This document shows positions 35,811 to 48,679 of a DNA stretch of 64,000 nt, one piece after another. The DNA is from Takakia lepidozioides. Lineage: Eukaryota; Plantae; Bryophyta. The DNA is taken from assembly GCA_030704615.1 (NCBI GenBank), contig CM060733.1:26350001-26414000 (forward strand), read 5' to 3'. The notes beneath the pieces were generated by a model. That model was not told the DNA's origin and made no database searches. It saw only the letters and a program-made list of their open reading frames with translations. How positions within the stretch are numbered: the stretch's first letter is position 1; every line of letters starts with the position of its first letter. The translations under genes and the position numbers were made by a program.

Positions 35811-38800
35811 ATGACGATCACTGCGCCATATGTCATTGTTGAACTGAAGCATAAAGTGGTGAAGGGGGATGAGAGCATGAACATGCATCAGGCAAGAGCT
35901 GTAGTGAAGGTGCGCGAAATAGTCACGGTGAATGTGAAAAAATTTGTTGAAATGACTACGTATTCATCCACATGGAGCGTCATTTTGTACAAGCTGGGCA
36001 GGTTGACGATCCGCCACCTGAACTTCTATCGCCTGCATTTTGCTTACTTTGTGATGCTATCGTTTGTAGGCACGATCCTGCTGTGGGTGTCGCGACGAAG
36101 CCAAAGCGTGACTTTGGTGGATTGCATTTTCAGCTCAGTGTCAGCGTGCACTGTGACAGGAGTGCTCACCGTGAGCCTTCGCGACATCTCCACCTTTGGG
36201 ACGGTGGTGTTGATGTTCCTTATGTTGATGGGCAGTCACGTCTTCACGTCGCTACTGCCTGTCTATGTACGACGCTTTTATTTCTTCCGCCACATCAATC
36301 TCACTGCCTCTGCCTCTGATCTCTCTCACAAGATTCGACATCGTCCTGCACTACACCGGGACAACTATAGATTCAATATCACTGACACTGGTGTAGACGA
36401 TGACCCTGACTCTGAGCCGACTTCTACAGAAAGTGACGTCAATCTTAGTACATCTGTGTTAGAAGATCCATCTCAGAACATGCATCTACCTCCACTTTGC
36501 CAAGATGGATTCGTTGCTACTCCTGCCCCTGATAAGTTGAGTGTTGTAGAAAGCTGCAGGTTTGTTGATGGCAGTACTAAGAGGTCGACTAAATTCCCTT
36601 GTGACGACGTACACCCCCCTCATGATTGGCAGACTGCGTGTCGGGAAGACAATACAGGTCCTGTACAAGGTTTGCCTGGATTTTTGACAATGTCTGATGA
36701 ACGCAGGGTGGGACGGAGACTTAGTTCGACTAAAGAGAATCTGCTCAGGGCATATAGTACTGAAGGACATTGTATCAAAATTTGTACAGGAAAGGAGGTG
36801 GAGGAAAATAATTTGGCTCAATCTGTTCGATTGGAGAGGTCATTGGAACACCAGGCACTGATCACTCTGTGCTGGCTGGTTCCTACCTACTTCGTCGTTT
36901 TACAAGTTTTTGGATTCTTTGCAATTTTATGTTATTGTCTCCTCAACTTTCCTCCGGTGATTAAGGGAATATTCAAGGAGGAGAGAGTACATCCAACATT
37001 TTTTGCTGTCTTCTCCTCAGTCTCTGCATTTTCAAACACAGGGATCTCGCTTATTGACGAGAATTTTCTGCCATTCCGGAGTTCTCCCCAGATTTTGCTT
37101 CCATTGGCGGTGCTCATTCTGACAGGTAACACGATGTTCGCCCCATGCATGCGCTTCATCATTTGGAGTCTTTACAAATGCATGCCCATCACACATCCTC
37201 AGAGGCAAGTCTACGAGTATATGCTTAAATACCCGCGGAGGTGCTACACACATCTATTCCCACAAGTGCACACAGTATGGCTTGTGGTCACTGTCATGGC
37301 ATTCAACATAATCGAATCGGTTGCCTTGTGTGCACTGGCCTGGAATTCACCTGGCGCATTGGCTGGCCTCAGTTTTAGTACCAAGTTGATGGACGGGTTC
37401 TTTCAGTCGCTCAACACACGGAGTGCTGGCATGAATGTGATTGTTCTCAACAACCTCGCTCCAGCTATGCTTGTTCTATATGTTGGAATGATGTGAGTCC
37501 AAGTGCATTTCTCTCGTCATCATTTTCCATGATGTTTCCAACATAGATAAGACTTCATGTAGCTGGAAATATATGCAGTAAATTATAATTTGAGCACTTG
37601 AATAATCTACTTGATCCACATGATTTTGGATCTTCACAATATACCACTAGCTAGATATGGCTCGAATAATATGTGCGAAGAGGTGAATATTCTAAACTTG
37701 CAAGTTCTGGACGACTGTTATTATGTGATCCATATCTATAGATTAGGCTAGTATCTGGTTTCAAACAGAAGACAAGTTACATTCCAGAGACTACCAGTTG
37801 TAGTGTTTTTGATAACTTCCTCAAATCACTTGTTGGCTATTATACACAAGGGGTATAGGTAAGTTCTCTGTTGCTAGCACATTCAATACTTAGGGGGTTC
37901 TGTTTAGGCAACATTTGCTATTTTGAGTATCTTTTCAAAGGGCTGACTAGACACAGTGGTCATAGCTAGGAAGTGCAACAAAGGAGGGTAATGTAGAACA
38001 AGCCAAATCTATGTTTAGGAGATCATTACGTGCGAATCACCTAGATAATTGCTTGCGGAGGTGTTGGCAGTTGTTTGGGTTGTACACTTAGTATCGGGAA
38101 TCTCCCCAATCATGATCCCTTTGCAGGTACCTTGCAGTGTATCCAGTGTTTCTCTCAAGACAGAACTCCCGACCAATACCAGATTCTCATTCGTCGTACA
38201 ATGAGTCCGATATATGCATTTTCCGGAATCTCCACGATGCCCAAATGGAAGACAATAAGATATCAGTGCAGTACAAAAAGCTTATTTCCCAGGACGCGAT
38301 ATATGTCTTCTTCTCTATACTTTTGATTTGTATACTTGAGAGCCAGAAAGTCATCTCAGACCCTCTCAACTATTCAATCTTCAACATCATTTTTGAGATT
38401 ATCAGGTAATCTCGTCAAACTGCAACCAAACTTAGTAGAGGGTGCCTTCTCCTGTTCACACAACTTGTTGATTGCCCAACTCTATTTAAATTATACACAT
38501 GAACATACAACAATTCCCATGATGGAACAATTGTCCGAGTAGAAACAAGAGCCTATTTAAACTCAAAGACTAGCCATGCAGTTCCCATACTAGACCACTC
38601 TTTGTGCAGCTGCATGTATATTAGCTTTTCCAGAAGCACAAAGTTTATCCCAAATAATTCCTATACTCAGGCACGAGCCGCATGTATACATGAGAGGAAA
38701 AACCAGGGATCAGAGGAGATACAGTCTAATTTAGAGCTTCGATATGCGTCGCGCTAGTTTGTGCTAACGTTGCAATAATTCTCTTTGTACGTTGGGGTTG

Positions 38801-39016
38801 TGCAGTGCATATGGCAACGTTGGGCTATCAATGGGATACAGTTGTGAGCAACGCATAGGGGGCGCTGACAAGCCGTGTGAGGATGTGCCCTACAGTCTCT
38901 CAGGCAAGTGGAGTGTGACCTCCAAACTGATTGTGATAGCCGTCATGCTGCTGGGTCGCCACCGTGGCCTGCCTGACAACATTGATTCCGCCATCAGCCT
39001 GCCTCACTACCCCTGA
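35811..39016 (+). CDS. HKT: HKT/Trk-family K+/Na+ transporter. Exons 35811 (or 35952)-37492, 38127-38405 and 38806-39016
   Basis: Four pore loops: [24 protein letters not shown] and SAYGNVGL. Two GT-AG introns sit at the conserved HKT positions (MM|YL and IIS|AYG), and the C-terminal [10 protein letters not shown] is present. The start codon is uncertain. Confidence 0.93.
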
Positions 39017-40339
39017 TGCGGGTAGTTCCTTTAATTTGGTGGCTGTGACATCGTAGTCTTACAATTATACAACATCCCATTAGCCACAATTTTTGTACAA
39101 GCGACCGATGAAAACCCATGGACATCATACTGACCTGCAGAGTTTTCATAGATATGCTGTCGAAAACTCATCAGATGTCCTACACACACAAATCATACAC
39201 TTGATCCTAATCAGACTACATGTCAATCAGGGCAAGTAACCATGGACAATTCAGACTCAAACTGAGTCTACTGTGGTGCAGCAGGCGACACACACACACA
39301 CGCAGAGATGCATGCCGCCTGATAATAATAGAGTGCTCAGCTTAGATCAAACTTCAGGACTTGAGGTATGAATGACGGATGCTGTCTGCATTTTGTTTGG
39401 ATGGACCTTTAGTTTAGGTGGTATTACTTTCGGCCAAAATGGCAATCCCCTAGGTAGAGATAAGTTTGTTTGTGACATGTAAGCTTGCAGAACAATTTAA
39501 GCGAGACAGCTATGTCAAAATTTAATGTAGATATCCAAATCCAAATGTGGGTTTTGACCTCTATATCTGGGGCACTAGGATATCAGATGAGTGCATTCCT
39601 GCCCAACGTGCCTTTCAAATAAAGGGAGTTTTTGATGAATTAGCTCTCTAGCACTCCCCATAGTTTATTGAGGTGGAATTTAAGAGTTGACGATGACATA
39701 TCACCTGGGAGCTTTCCAGCAAAGCATTAGCAGTCACAAGATTCTCAAATGTCTTCTGTTGCTCATGCTGCTGGTTTGTACGTCGAGCCCGGGCCTCAAT
39801 CATCAGATGATGCAACTCGATCCCATCTTGACGGATCTATTTTGCCATTCCCCATCACACAAGCGCAATCAGTCAGTACTAACTTCTGGCAATTACAACA
39901 CTTTGAAGAAGGTAGTAGAGATAGTCAAATAAGATCAAAGCTACTTTTTATCCGAAAGTCGGGTCAAGCTCAAAACGAGGCCCAGCAGCAATGGACCAAG
40001 ACAATTAGCTGGGCTAGTTGATGCGAATGTATCGATCGTAGTTAGACCTACTTCTTGACAGAACCCCAGTAACAGATCTGAGACGGTTCTTGTGATCATG
40101 AATAAGCTTGACAAGACTTTGCCACAATTACTTTGATGGAAACATACACTCAGAACGGCCCCATAAGCCCAGAGGCCATAGAACCACAATTTGTCAGGCT
40201 GACAGGATACTCCGCATCAACTTCACATATACTGTCCATGAATAGTGTGAGTGCTTAGTTTAAGCTTTTAACCTTTCACATGTCTCAGGACTGCAAATTT
40301 ACATTAAGAAACCAAAAAGTAGGGACAAAGAAATTGTTT

Positions 40340-41050
40340 GCACCTGTGCAATGGCTGCAGCTGAAATCTCTAAGCTTTTTCTGAAAGCTGTAGCCACACT
40401 TGTGTCCACAGCACCCACAGTGGCCACAGCTTGTCACGCTCTTCTAATTTCAGAAGAGCTTGCTCTTTTAAGCTCCTTTCTCTAGCCTGCCTCTCCCGTT
40501 CAGCAGCCGTGTCAATGGGGGTGACAGCCACAGTGACCCTGTCACCAGCATCAGGGACACCATGGAAGATCCCATTCGGGTAATTATTGTTAACCCCACC
40601 TTCTCCCTTGGTTGCGCATGCTGGACATCTGCTCTAGACGGATCAAGGCGCTGGAGCTTCTCTAAAATATTGCGCTGCCGTGCAGCTTTGTCCAACTCTG
40701 ATCTGACATCTTCGTCAGTGGGGCAACTGCCATCTTGGCCATCCTTCAAAACCAGCGAATCAGTACTTCCACTGGCTACATCACCTGCACGATCAGGCTG
40801 TGGTCTATCCATCTCTAGATGTGAAGGACATCCATCCTCCATTGTCCCCAAGCTAGCCATAGCACCCATTGTATTTGGATGAGACTGGCTGTAATCAATA
40901 GAAGCTCCTCACTACGTCTCTCCGACACATTCTCAACCCTGGAACTACATTGTTGGTGTTTAACAGGTGCAACGAACAAGAGAAAGATTCCAATCTTGAG
41001 TGTGAGAGACACCCCTGGCTTCTCCTAACGCACGCCGGAAACCTCCAGGA
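40340..41050 (-). pseudogene. Possible decayed host-gene exon fragments
   Basis: Protein-like ORF 40468-40869 and a downstream ..ISAAAIAQ|GT donor-like end. Family not recognised. Confidence 0.2.
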
Positions 41051-42122
41051 TGTGACACATGTTGGTACAGGAGGTTATAACCTCCAATCCGGAGACTAAT
41101 GATGCTACCAAAGATGCTGTCCTTGGACGAGACTGGGGGCAGTCTTCGTCAATTGTATCACAGCTCGGCTGGCTCAATTTCTCTCTGGATGTGAATTATG
41201 CACAAGATAAGCACTCACCTTCCTCTTTTGCAACAAGAGGCCTAAGCTAAGAGCCATTGCATTTCATAGAACCCAAAACCCTGACTTCTTTTGCTGTAGT
41301 AAACCGTTCACAAATGGGCATATCAACCACATTCTGGTTCAATGCATGAACTCATGAGCATCTACTTCCTGAAGCTAACCTGAAGATATCAACATTAAAA
41401 CTGACTCCCAAATTGGTACTCTGTGCCAGCTATTTGCAGCACGGCAGTTTCCATGTCTCCAAGGCCAGGAGCTTTGGTTTGAGGATGAATAAGAACGGGA
41501 GGAATCACGCAGAGCTTCGAAGCTCTGAATTTGCATGTACTAGTGATCTTGATTTGCCACACAAACAATAGCTGAGCGTGATTACAAGCAAAGTGAAATG
41601 ATCCTCAATGATCCTCCTGATGTTGAAGTCAAAGAATGTCGAGGTACTTTGAACTTCTGACAGCACTTATCCAAGTAAGCTCAACATGGATCAGCATCAG
41701 CTCCATGAACTATCAGTGAATCAATGATAATCAGAGGGCAGTTCTTCTCCAGACTGCCCATCATCTATCTGCATGCAGACTAACAAGGCACAAGGCCAGC
41801 AAATGCTCCAGCTCTTGCACACGAGAGTCTAGTGACTTACAGTAGGGTACCTGTGCTAGGGTAGAAACATACTTTAACCTTTGGTGAAAGCTTGTGAAAG
41901 TTCAGGGGCATATGGATGTAGTTAGTTAGGTGGCACATTTTTGTAAGATTACTTTGTGTGGATGATTCAGGGTAGGAAGTTAGGATATCATCTATGCCAC
42001 TATACACCGTTTTGGGGCTGGCCCACCAAAATGGTGGTTGTCGCAAAACAAGATACCAATGGAAAGCTCTTTATATGCCCCATCATTTTGTAGTTGGAAC
42101 AATTTTCAGTAAAGTTCATCTA

Positions 42123-42321
42123 CCATAGTACCTTGCCAAGTTCGACACAAATTTTAATATTTTAAAGACTGTTGAAAATTTTGGAAATTAGTTTTATGAA
42201 ATTAAATAATTTCATGAATGATAATATAGTATCTTTGGGAATATTCTATATTTCGAAATGGAATTCTCAAAATAAAATAAATATTCGACAGATGAGTGTT
42301 GAACTTGCCAAGGTACTACGG
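42123..42321. mobile_element. Tc1/mariner-superfamily MITE
   Basis: 26-bp TIR CCATAGTACCTTGCCAAGTTCGACAC / GTGTTGAACTTGCCAAGGTACTACGG (3 mismatches), TA TSD and an AT-rich interior. Confidence 0.8.
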
Positions 42322-43096
42322 TATTTAAAATAATTCGAGTATAAAGCGATGGGATGGGTCATATGGTGTATAATGATTCATTCCTCTTTGGATAAGCATA
42401 TTGGCCTATCATGGCGCACCCGGGGGTGCTTTTTATTTCTTTTTTCCAAAAACATATCTAAAGAGAAATAGGTACCCGGGAGCGACCCGCTCACAAATAG
42501 TGAGATGAGAAAATAACTATAATGTTTTTGAGGCCTCTGTCCGTCTTCCTTAAGACGAAAGAAAAACCTCTTTCATAGTAACCGTGTCATGGCGCTGAAT
42601 ATAAGGCTCAAGGGACACCACCCAATGGAAGGGGGAGAAGATTATAGGATCGTACCACACCCGACAAGGTAGCAGGATACGAACCCAACATCATGTACTA
42701 AGGGCCAACTTCCAAGTCCTGGCCCTCCTGGCCAAGTTATCCAAAGTTAGCCCAAGTCGGTGGACTAGTGGGATAGATGGTTGCTTTTATGTGCATAGGG
42801 TTCGAAAGCAATCGGGCAGTATGTCCTGCCTCGCTGTCCAAGGCCCGCACCAATTGAGCCGGTAACTTGTCACCTAGTAGTTTGGGGTTCAATTCATGCT
42901 ACCTAGGATCCTACACCCTCTAGCGGGTCCGACGAGTATGAAGAGCTTGTGAGTCTAAAGCGCAGGGCACAAGGCTGCAAGCAACGTGCACAAAGGTGAC
43001 CATGATAGTAAGTAAAAGAGACATAGTAACCAAGTACAACAGGTCAAAAGTGATTATCGGCCATGAACTCTTGCGCCAAATTTCGAGGTATTGCGC

Positions 43097-43288
43097 TCAC
43101 CGATATCTAGGAGCCCGCGAACTTTAACACATGGAAACAAAGTGTCATTTTTGTCATGTAGCGCAATCTTGGCCGAGGGGGACATGGAAGTCGTCGTCTA
43201 GGCTGTAGGCCAAGATTGCACTACATGACAAAAATGCGCAATGCTTCTTTCCGTGTGTTAATTTTCGCCTGCACCTAGATATCGGTGA
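43097..43288. repeat. Fold-back element (long imperfect hairpin)
   Basis: Outer arms TCACCGATATCTAGG / CCTAGATATCGGTGA. Inner arms CATTTTTGTCATGTAGCGCAATCTTGGCC / GGCCAAGATTGCACTACATGACAAAAATG. Confidence 0.85.
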
Positions 43289-45845
43289 TCGAGGTTAGGT
43301 AGCGCGTGAGCATACAATGGCATATTCCCTGAATTTCCACAAAATTTCCACAGCAAAATGAAATTGGCGAAACTAACAATTTTGCGAAACTAACACATAA
43401 AGAACAAGTAGCCCCTATACCTGATGAACTTGTTACCCTATAAGCATGGTTTTTTCTCACGTTGTGCTCATACAATACCAGGCCCTTTTCATAACAGACA
43501 CGAGAGTGGGCGGTGAGGCCTAACCTTAAATTTAAGATCATCACCCATGGATAATTTCGCACGGCGAAACTCTGTACCAACAAGCCTGAAAAGAAATCAC
43601 ACTGTAGCTGAAATGATGAATATGTCACTTTTAAATGCCCTACCCATGTATATTTTTGCAGAGCGAAACTCTCTCCCCTAACAACTAGTACAATTACATA
43701 TTGAGATATGCATTTGCAGTGCGAAACTCTGATCCCTGAAGAGAAGTTAGGCAACGTGCAGTTAAGATGCTCACAAACATGGAAAAATATGAAAAATATT
43801 CTTGAGATGCCCAGAGAAAATCGCACATGGTTCTGAACAAATACAGTGTCAAACAAGAATTTCGTGTTGAAAAACTCTTTTGTTATGACGAAGCAATTCA
43901 AATCCCTCAGTTGATATCTCTCAAAATTTGTTCAACAGTATGCAAGTTTTTGAACAAATGTCAGACATGAGCTTCTTCGATTATCGGCCATGAACTCTGG
44001 TGCCAAATTCCCAGGTATTGCGCTCACCGATGTAGGTCACCAAGGGGGTTGGTATCGCGTGAGCATGCTTACACGCGTGTAAGCACAACCCACGGTCATG
44101 GGAGTTTTGTGATTTTTTAACCTCGGTCATAGGAGTTATATGTTTTCAGAATGGAATAAAACCATAAGCGAATATAGAGCACTGGTGCATTTATACTGTA
44201 CATCTGCACCAATCCAGTGAGGCGAAGCCTTCAGTAATGTAGCCAGAAACCTTGAACTTATAGCGGCGGCGGCAAGTTTCGCGTTGAGAAATACTTGGTG
44301 ATGTGGCACAAACCTACGTAGCGGTGGGTTTCGCAATGTGGAAAAAGAACCTTAAAAGAAAAAATATCGCAACAATTTCATGCAACGAAAACAAAATACA
44401 ATTGTAATGCTATTGAAATGTAATGCTAAATAGAGCTCGAAAAATGTATTTTGTTCCCTCGTCCGAAAATAACACCGAACACACAGTAAGCAGAAAATAT
44501 AACGATATTGATTGAAATGATTTACAGGACAATATAGACATAATAACAAATGAGGATATTTTCGCTTACTGAAATTTCCTTTAGGAACGGAGGTACCATG
44601 TACATCTGTCATTTAGATCATCAATCAAACCAGGATATTCCTTTTTGTGTCGTGAATTTTAGCACATAATCTAAGAAGGTCTCAGATTGTTTCGCTTAGA
44701 TAACATCAATGTCGACAATTTTTAGTAATGAATCCAAAGATTGAAAAGGTTTCCCAACACGAAACTCTTGTCTGTCAGTGAATTTGTTCAAAGCACTACA
44801 TGCTTTTGAACAACTATGGAGGGATATGAATTAAAGGATTTGAAATACTTCGCCGTAACGAAAGTTTCTCAACATGAAACTCTTATCCGACTGTGGTTGT
44901 GTACAAAAACCTGCATACTTTTGAAACAATATGGAGGGATACGAACTGAGGGATTTGAACTCATTTGCCGTAAGAAAGAGTTTCTCAGCACGAAACTTTT
45001 GTTTGACAGTGTTATTGTTTAAGAATCCGCATGCTTTGGAGGGATATGAACTGCTAGTTCGGCATAGCAAAAGATAATCGCTTTTGACCTTGTTGTACTG
45101 GGTTGTCATGTCTCTTTTACCTGCTATGAAGGTCAATTTTGTGCACATTGCTTGCCGGGACACACCACACTCTTCCCTTGCAGGACCCACCCTTTGTCAT
45201 GGGCATTGGACAGAGAGGCAGACCTACTGCTCAATTGCAATCGAACCTTATACACATAAAAGCAACCATCCATTCCACCAGTCGGCCATGCTCCACGACA
45301 TCGGCAAACTTTGGATAACTTGGCCGAGACATGGAAGTAGGCCCTAAGTGCTCTATCCAACTGGACTGGTGGGTTCCATATATATTAATCTATCATAATA
45401 TTATAACTTTGGCTATGCGTTGTTTCATACTACTAGTGCTAACAACTTTTGAGAACAATGTTCCTTTCTATTGGAAATATATTTTATACAAAAACAATGT
45501 AAGAATATAGCATAGGCTATGATGGTACCAATTTTGCCAATTCAGGCGACGTCTAGCTGGTCCCTTGTCAAATCTTCCCCACCTTGTCTTATCGCGATAT
45601 CACTATTAAATACTTTAGAATGCAAGAGATTCTCAGACAATGATAAGTATTGGAGACGATGAGGTCGAACATTTGATTCTTGATAGGTGATAATGTCACC
45701 TTTGGCTTCTATCGTTTGTGTTACCCCCTTTATTTATTGTGTAGCTCCTCTTAATCCATTTAAAACTTCGCCAAATTTGGACTTCATCAAATTTTGAGAC
45801 CAAGTGTGAGCTATACTGAGTGGAGTTACACTTCCTATGGTGTAA

Positions 45846-46226
45846 GAGCATGCCCAACAGGCGCTCTATCTGGCGTGCTATCATCAAAGTAGCGCGGCCG
45901 CCGATGTTGGATGCCCCAGCAGCACTTTCACGCGCATCAAAATGGTGAGCCTCACCAAGTTTCGTCCCACTCGCGCACTATCTACACGAGTTTTGGAGTG
46001 GCATTCTCCCCCACTAGCTACCACTCAGCCTCACATGTAATGACCCGTGGCGGGCAGGTGGCGGGGCCCACTCTCACCTCAACCTGGCATTACTCCCCTC
46101 TTGTTATGATGGGTTGTTGTTGGGGCTCTTGCCAGCCCACGCGCTATCTAGCTTGCCTACCTCACCATACGCCTCCTTATCATAGTGATGGCGGGGCAGT
46201 TTAGTGAGCCTCTCTTGGGCATGCTC
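45846..46226. mobile_element. Tourist-like MITE inside a local tandem duplication (about 45595-46290 vs 46322-46620)
   Basis: TIR GAGCATGCCCAA / TTGGGCATGCTC with a TAA TSD. The empty site is visible in the second copy (about 46555). Confidence 0.88.
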
Positions 46227-47859
46227 TAACCCCAATTGAAGTTTACACTCCCTCTCTATAACTTACTATCATTATTATGTCAAACTGGCTAGAAAACAAA
46301 TAATTTTTTATTTCTTATCTCGGTATCACTATCAAATACTTTCAAATACAAGAGATTGTCATACAATGATGTGCAAGGCGTTGAGCACAAAGGTTTGATT
46401 CTTGATAGGTGATAATAACACCCTGGGGTTTTATGGTTCGTGTCACCTCCCTTTATTGTATAGTTCTTCTTAATCCATTTTAAACTCAACCTGGAATTAC
46501 TCAAATTTGAGACCAAGTGTGAGTTACACCGAGTGGAGTTACACTTCCCGCAGTATAACCACAAGTGGAGTTACCTTCCCACTGTGTGACCGGGACTGGA
46601 GTTTCCATTCTTTCTCTATAGTCTGAAGTTATCTGCTATTTAGTTCCATATCACTCTCAGGGGAAGGTGGAAAAATTTCAATATGTCGGAGACCAACCTA
46701 CCGGTCCTCCCTCTCCCTAGGTTGCCAGGAAACTCGAACGAAGGCTGTCATCGCCACCTTCAGAGAAACTTGGGGACAGCAGGGACTTATCTATAGCTGC
46801 ATTGATGCTAACTCCTGCTCTTGGCCAGGGGTTGTCCCCACTGTTTGGTAGCACCTTAGAGCCCCATCTTCAGCCTCCCCTGAATTTGATAGATTGGATA
46901 GGAACTAGAAACATATCAAAACAACGGCTAAGTCTAGATTGATCTTCCATAGATAATTGTTGCTGTACCGGGACTCTAGCATCGCCGTTTATATTATATC
47001 ACCCCTGATAAGGTTTAAGATCATTGTCTATCCAAAATCATTGTTTCCTAGATACAGCTCTTCAGGAATATCCTACACGGCCCCCGTGTGACAGGCCTCA
47101 TAGCAGCCTTCAGGCATGTAAGGGTTTTAATTTTTTTCCCTTCAGTAATTTTAATAAAGCTCTCAAGGGCCTCCTCCTCTTTCTCCAAAAAAAAAAAAAA
47201 CTACCATCTTGTCAGAGATCACACATATTAACTTCATATATTATTCCTAGGATTCTCCAATTTATGTGTTGTTTTATCTTTCTACAGTAATAATAATTGT
47301 TGGCATATTAACGGTGTTGACATTCCATGTCATTTTCAATATGAATGTATAATGATAATATATTAATAGATCTACATTTTTTGCTGTTCAAAATATAAAC
47401 AAGAGAAAAAATTTCAATATTAAGAGTTTTCAATCTCATTAGCTATTACCATTATCATATTTACATGTGTTATGATAACTTTGTAAGTTGAAACGTTGAA
47501 GCATGTTTCCACCAAATCAAAGTAATTTTTGGAAGTGCTGTTAATTTACTGAAGATGTGAAGAAAAGAAAGAAAGGAAAAAGAAAGACTTATTGGAGCAG
47601 ATTTGACAAAATTAATTTTCATACTTCAGTTTTTTGTATTTTCCTGGGCAGTGCAGGAAGTGTCAAGAAGGTACTGTATTGATGATGTGGCCTTCAAAAC
47701 GTGGCAATGATGACATGGCAGAGAGCCACGACGTCTTTTATATTTTATATCTTTTTGAGCAGTCCATGCAGCTTTAAGCAAATGATGGTGACGATGCATC
47801 AATGATGACGTGGTGACAATGATGTGGCATTATGGAACCCTATTCTTGCTCTATGCTAA

Positions 47860-48316
47860 GGCCTGTACCACACTAGCGGCACACCAACGGCACTGACGTG
47901 GACGTTGCAGGCTAGGGATTGTTGGATGATATAGGTCCATGTCACCAAGCGGCAATGAATCGGCTACCACACTATAGCAGAAGCCCACGGCAAAAAAATC
48001 GCAACTACCTTATCTTTTCATTCTAAAAATAATCAATACCTAGAACCTTTGACGTCGTGTCGCTTTGCGATGGCGGGAGAATCGCGACACGACAAATGTT
48101 TTCCTAAAATTGTGGATTTTCAGGGGACACCGCCTTGGAAATCCGTATTTCACTGTAATGTGACATGTAGGCGCCAGGTCGGAGCCATATCAACGCCTCT
48201 CCGCCGGCAGCAACCACTAGTTTGGTAGGCAAAACGGCACACTGCCTCCCTTAAACCAATAGGAGGGTCTGAAATTGAGTGCCGCTGCCCCTCTTGCCGC
48301 TAGTGTGGTATCGCCC
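47860..48316. mobile_element. Tourist/PIF-Harbinger-like MITE
   Basis: TIR core TACCACACTAGCGGCA / TGCCGCTAGTGTGGTA with a TAA TSD. Confidence 0.88.
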
Positions 48317-48373
48317 TAAGACTAGTCTCTGACTTTCAGTCGTCACTAGAATATTTAAGTACATATGTCAAAA

Positions 48374-48670
48374 TTCTAGCGACGACCGAAGGTCGGAAGC
48401 TAGTTTAGCGTAAAGCAGGAATAGGGTGCCATAGTGCCACGTTTTTGTTGCCACATCATCGTCGCCATGTCATCGTCACCACGTCATCGGCGCCACATTT
48501 CGTTGCCACGTTTCGTCGTCAAATTCTTTGGAATCTGCCCGGACTGCCCGCCCAAAATATGCCAATAGAATTCGCCGCTTTAACTTTTTCGAAACTGCCC
48601 GAAATGCCCGGATCTTGATCTTCTTGAACTGCAGGAGTTCTGTGTTTTCCGCCATCGTTCACCATGCAAG
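48374..48670. mobile_element. Helitron/Helentron-like terminal repeat. Copies at about 51480-51690 and 58811-59070, inverted copy at about 47690-48349
   Basis: CTAGCGACGACCGAAGGTCGGAAGCTAG (hairpin bracketed by CTAG) followed by about 270 bp of conserved sequence. Confidence 0.5.
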
Positions 48671-48679
48671 CTGCAAGCT

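Noticed and set aside
43275-43901. 208-aa minus-strand ORF
   Set aside because: It has a non-ATG start and no recognisable domain, and it lies within repeat-derived sequence.
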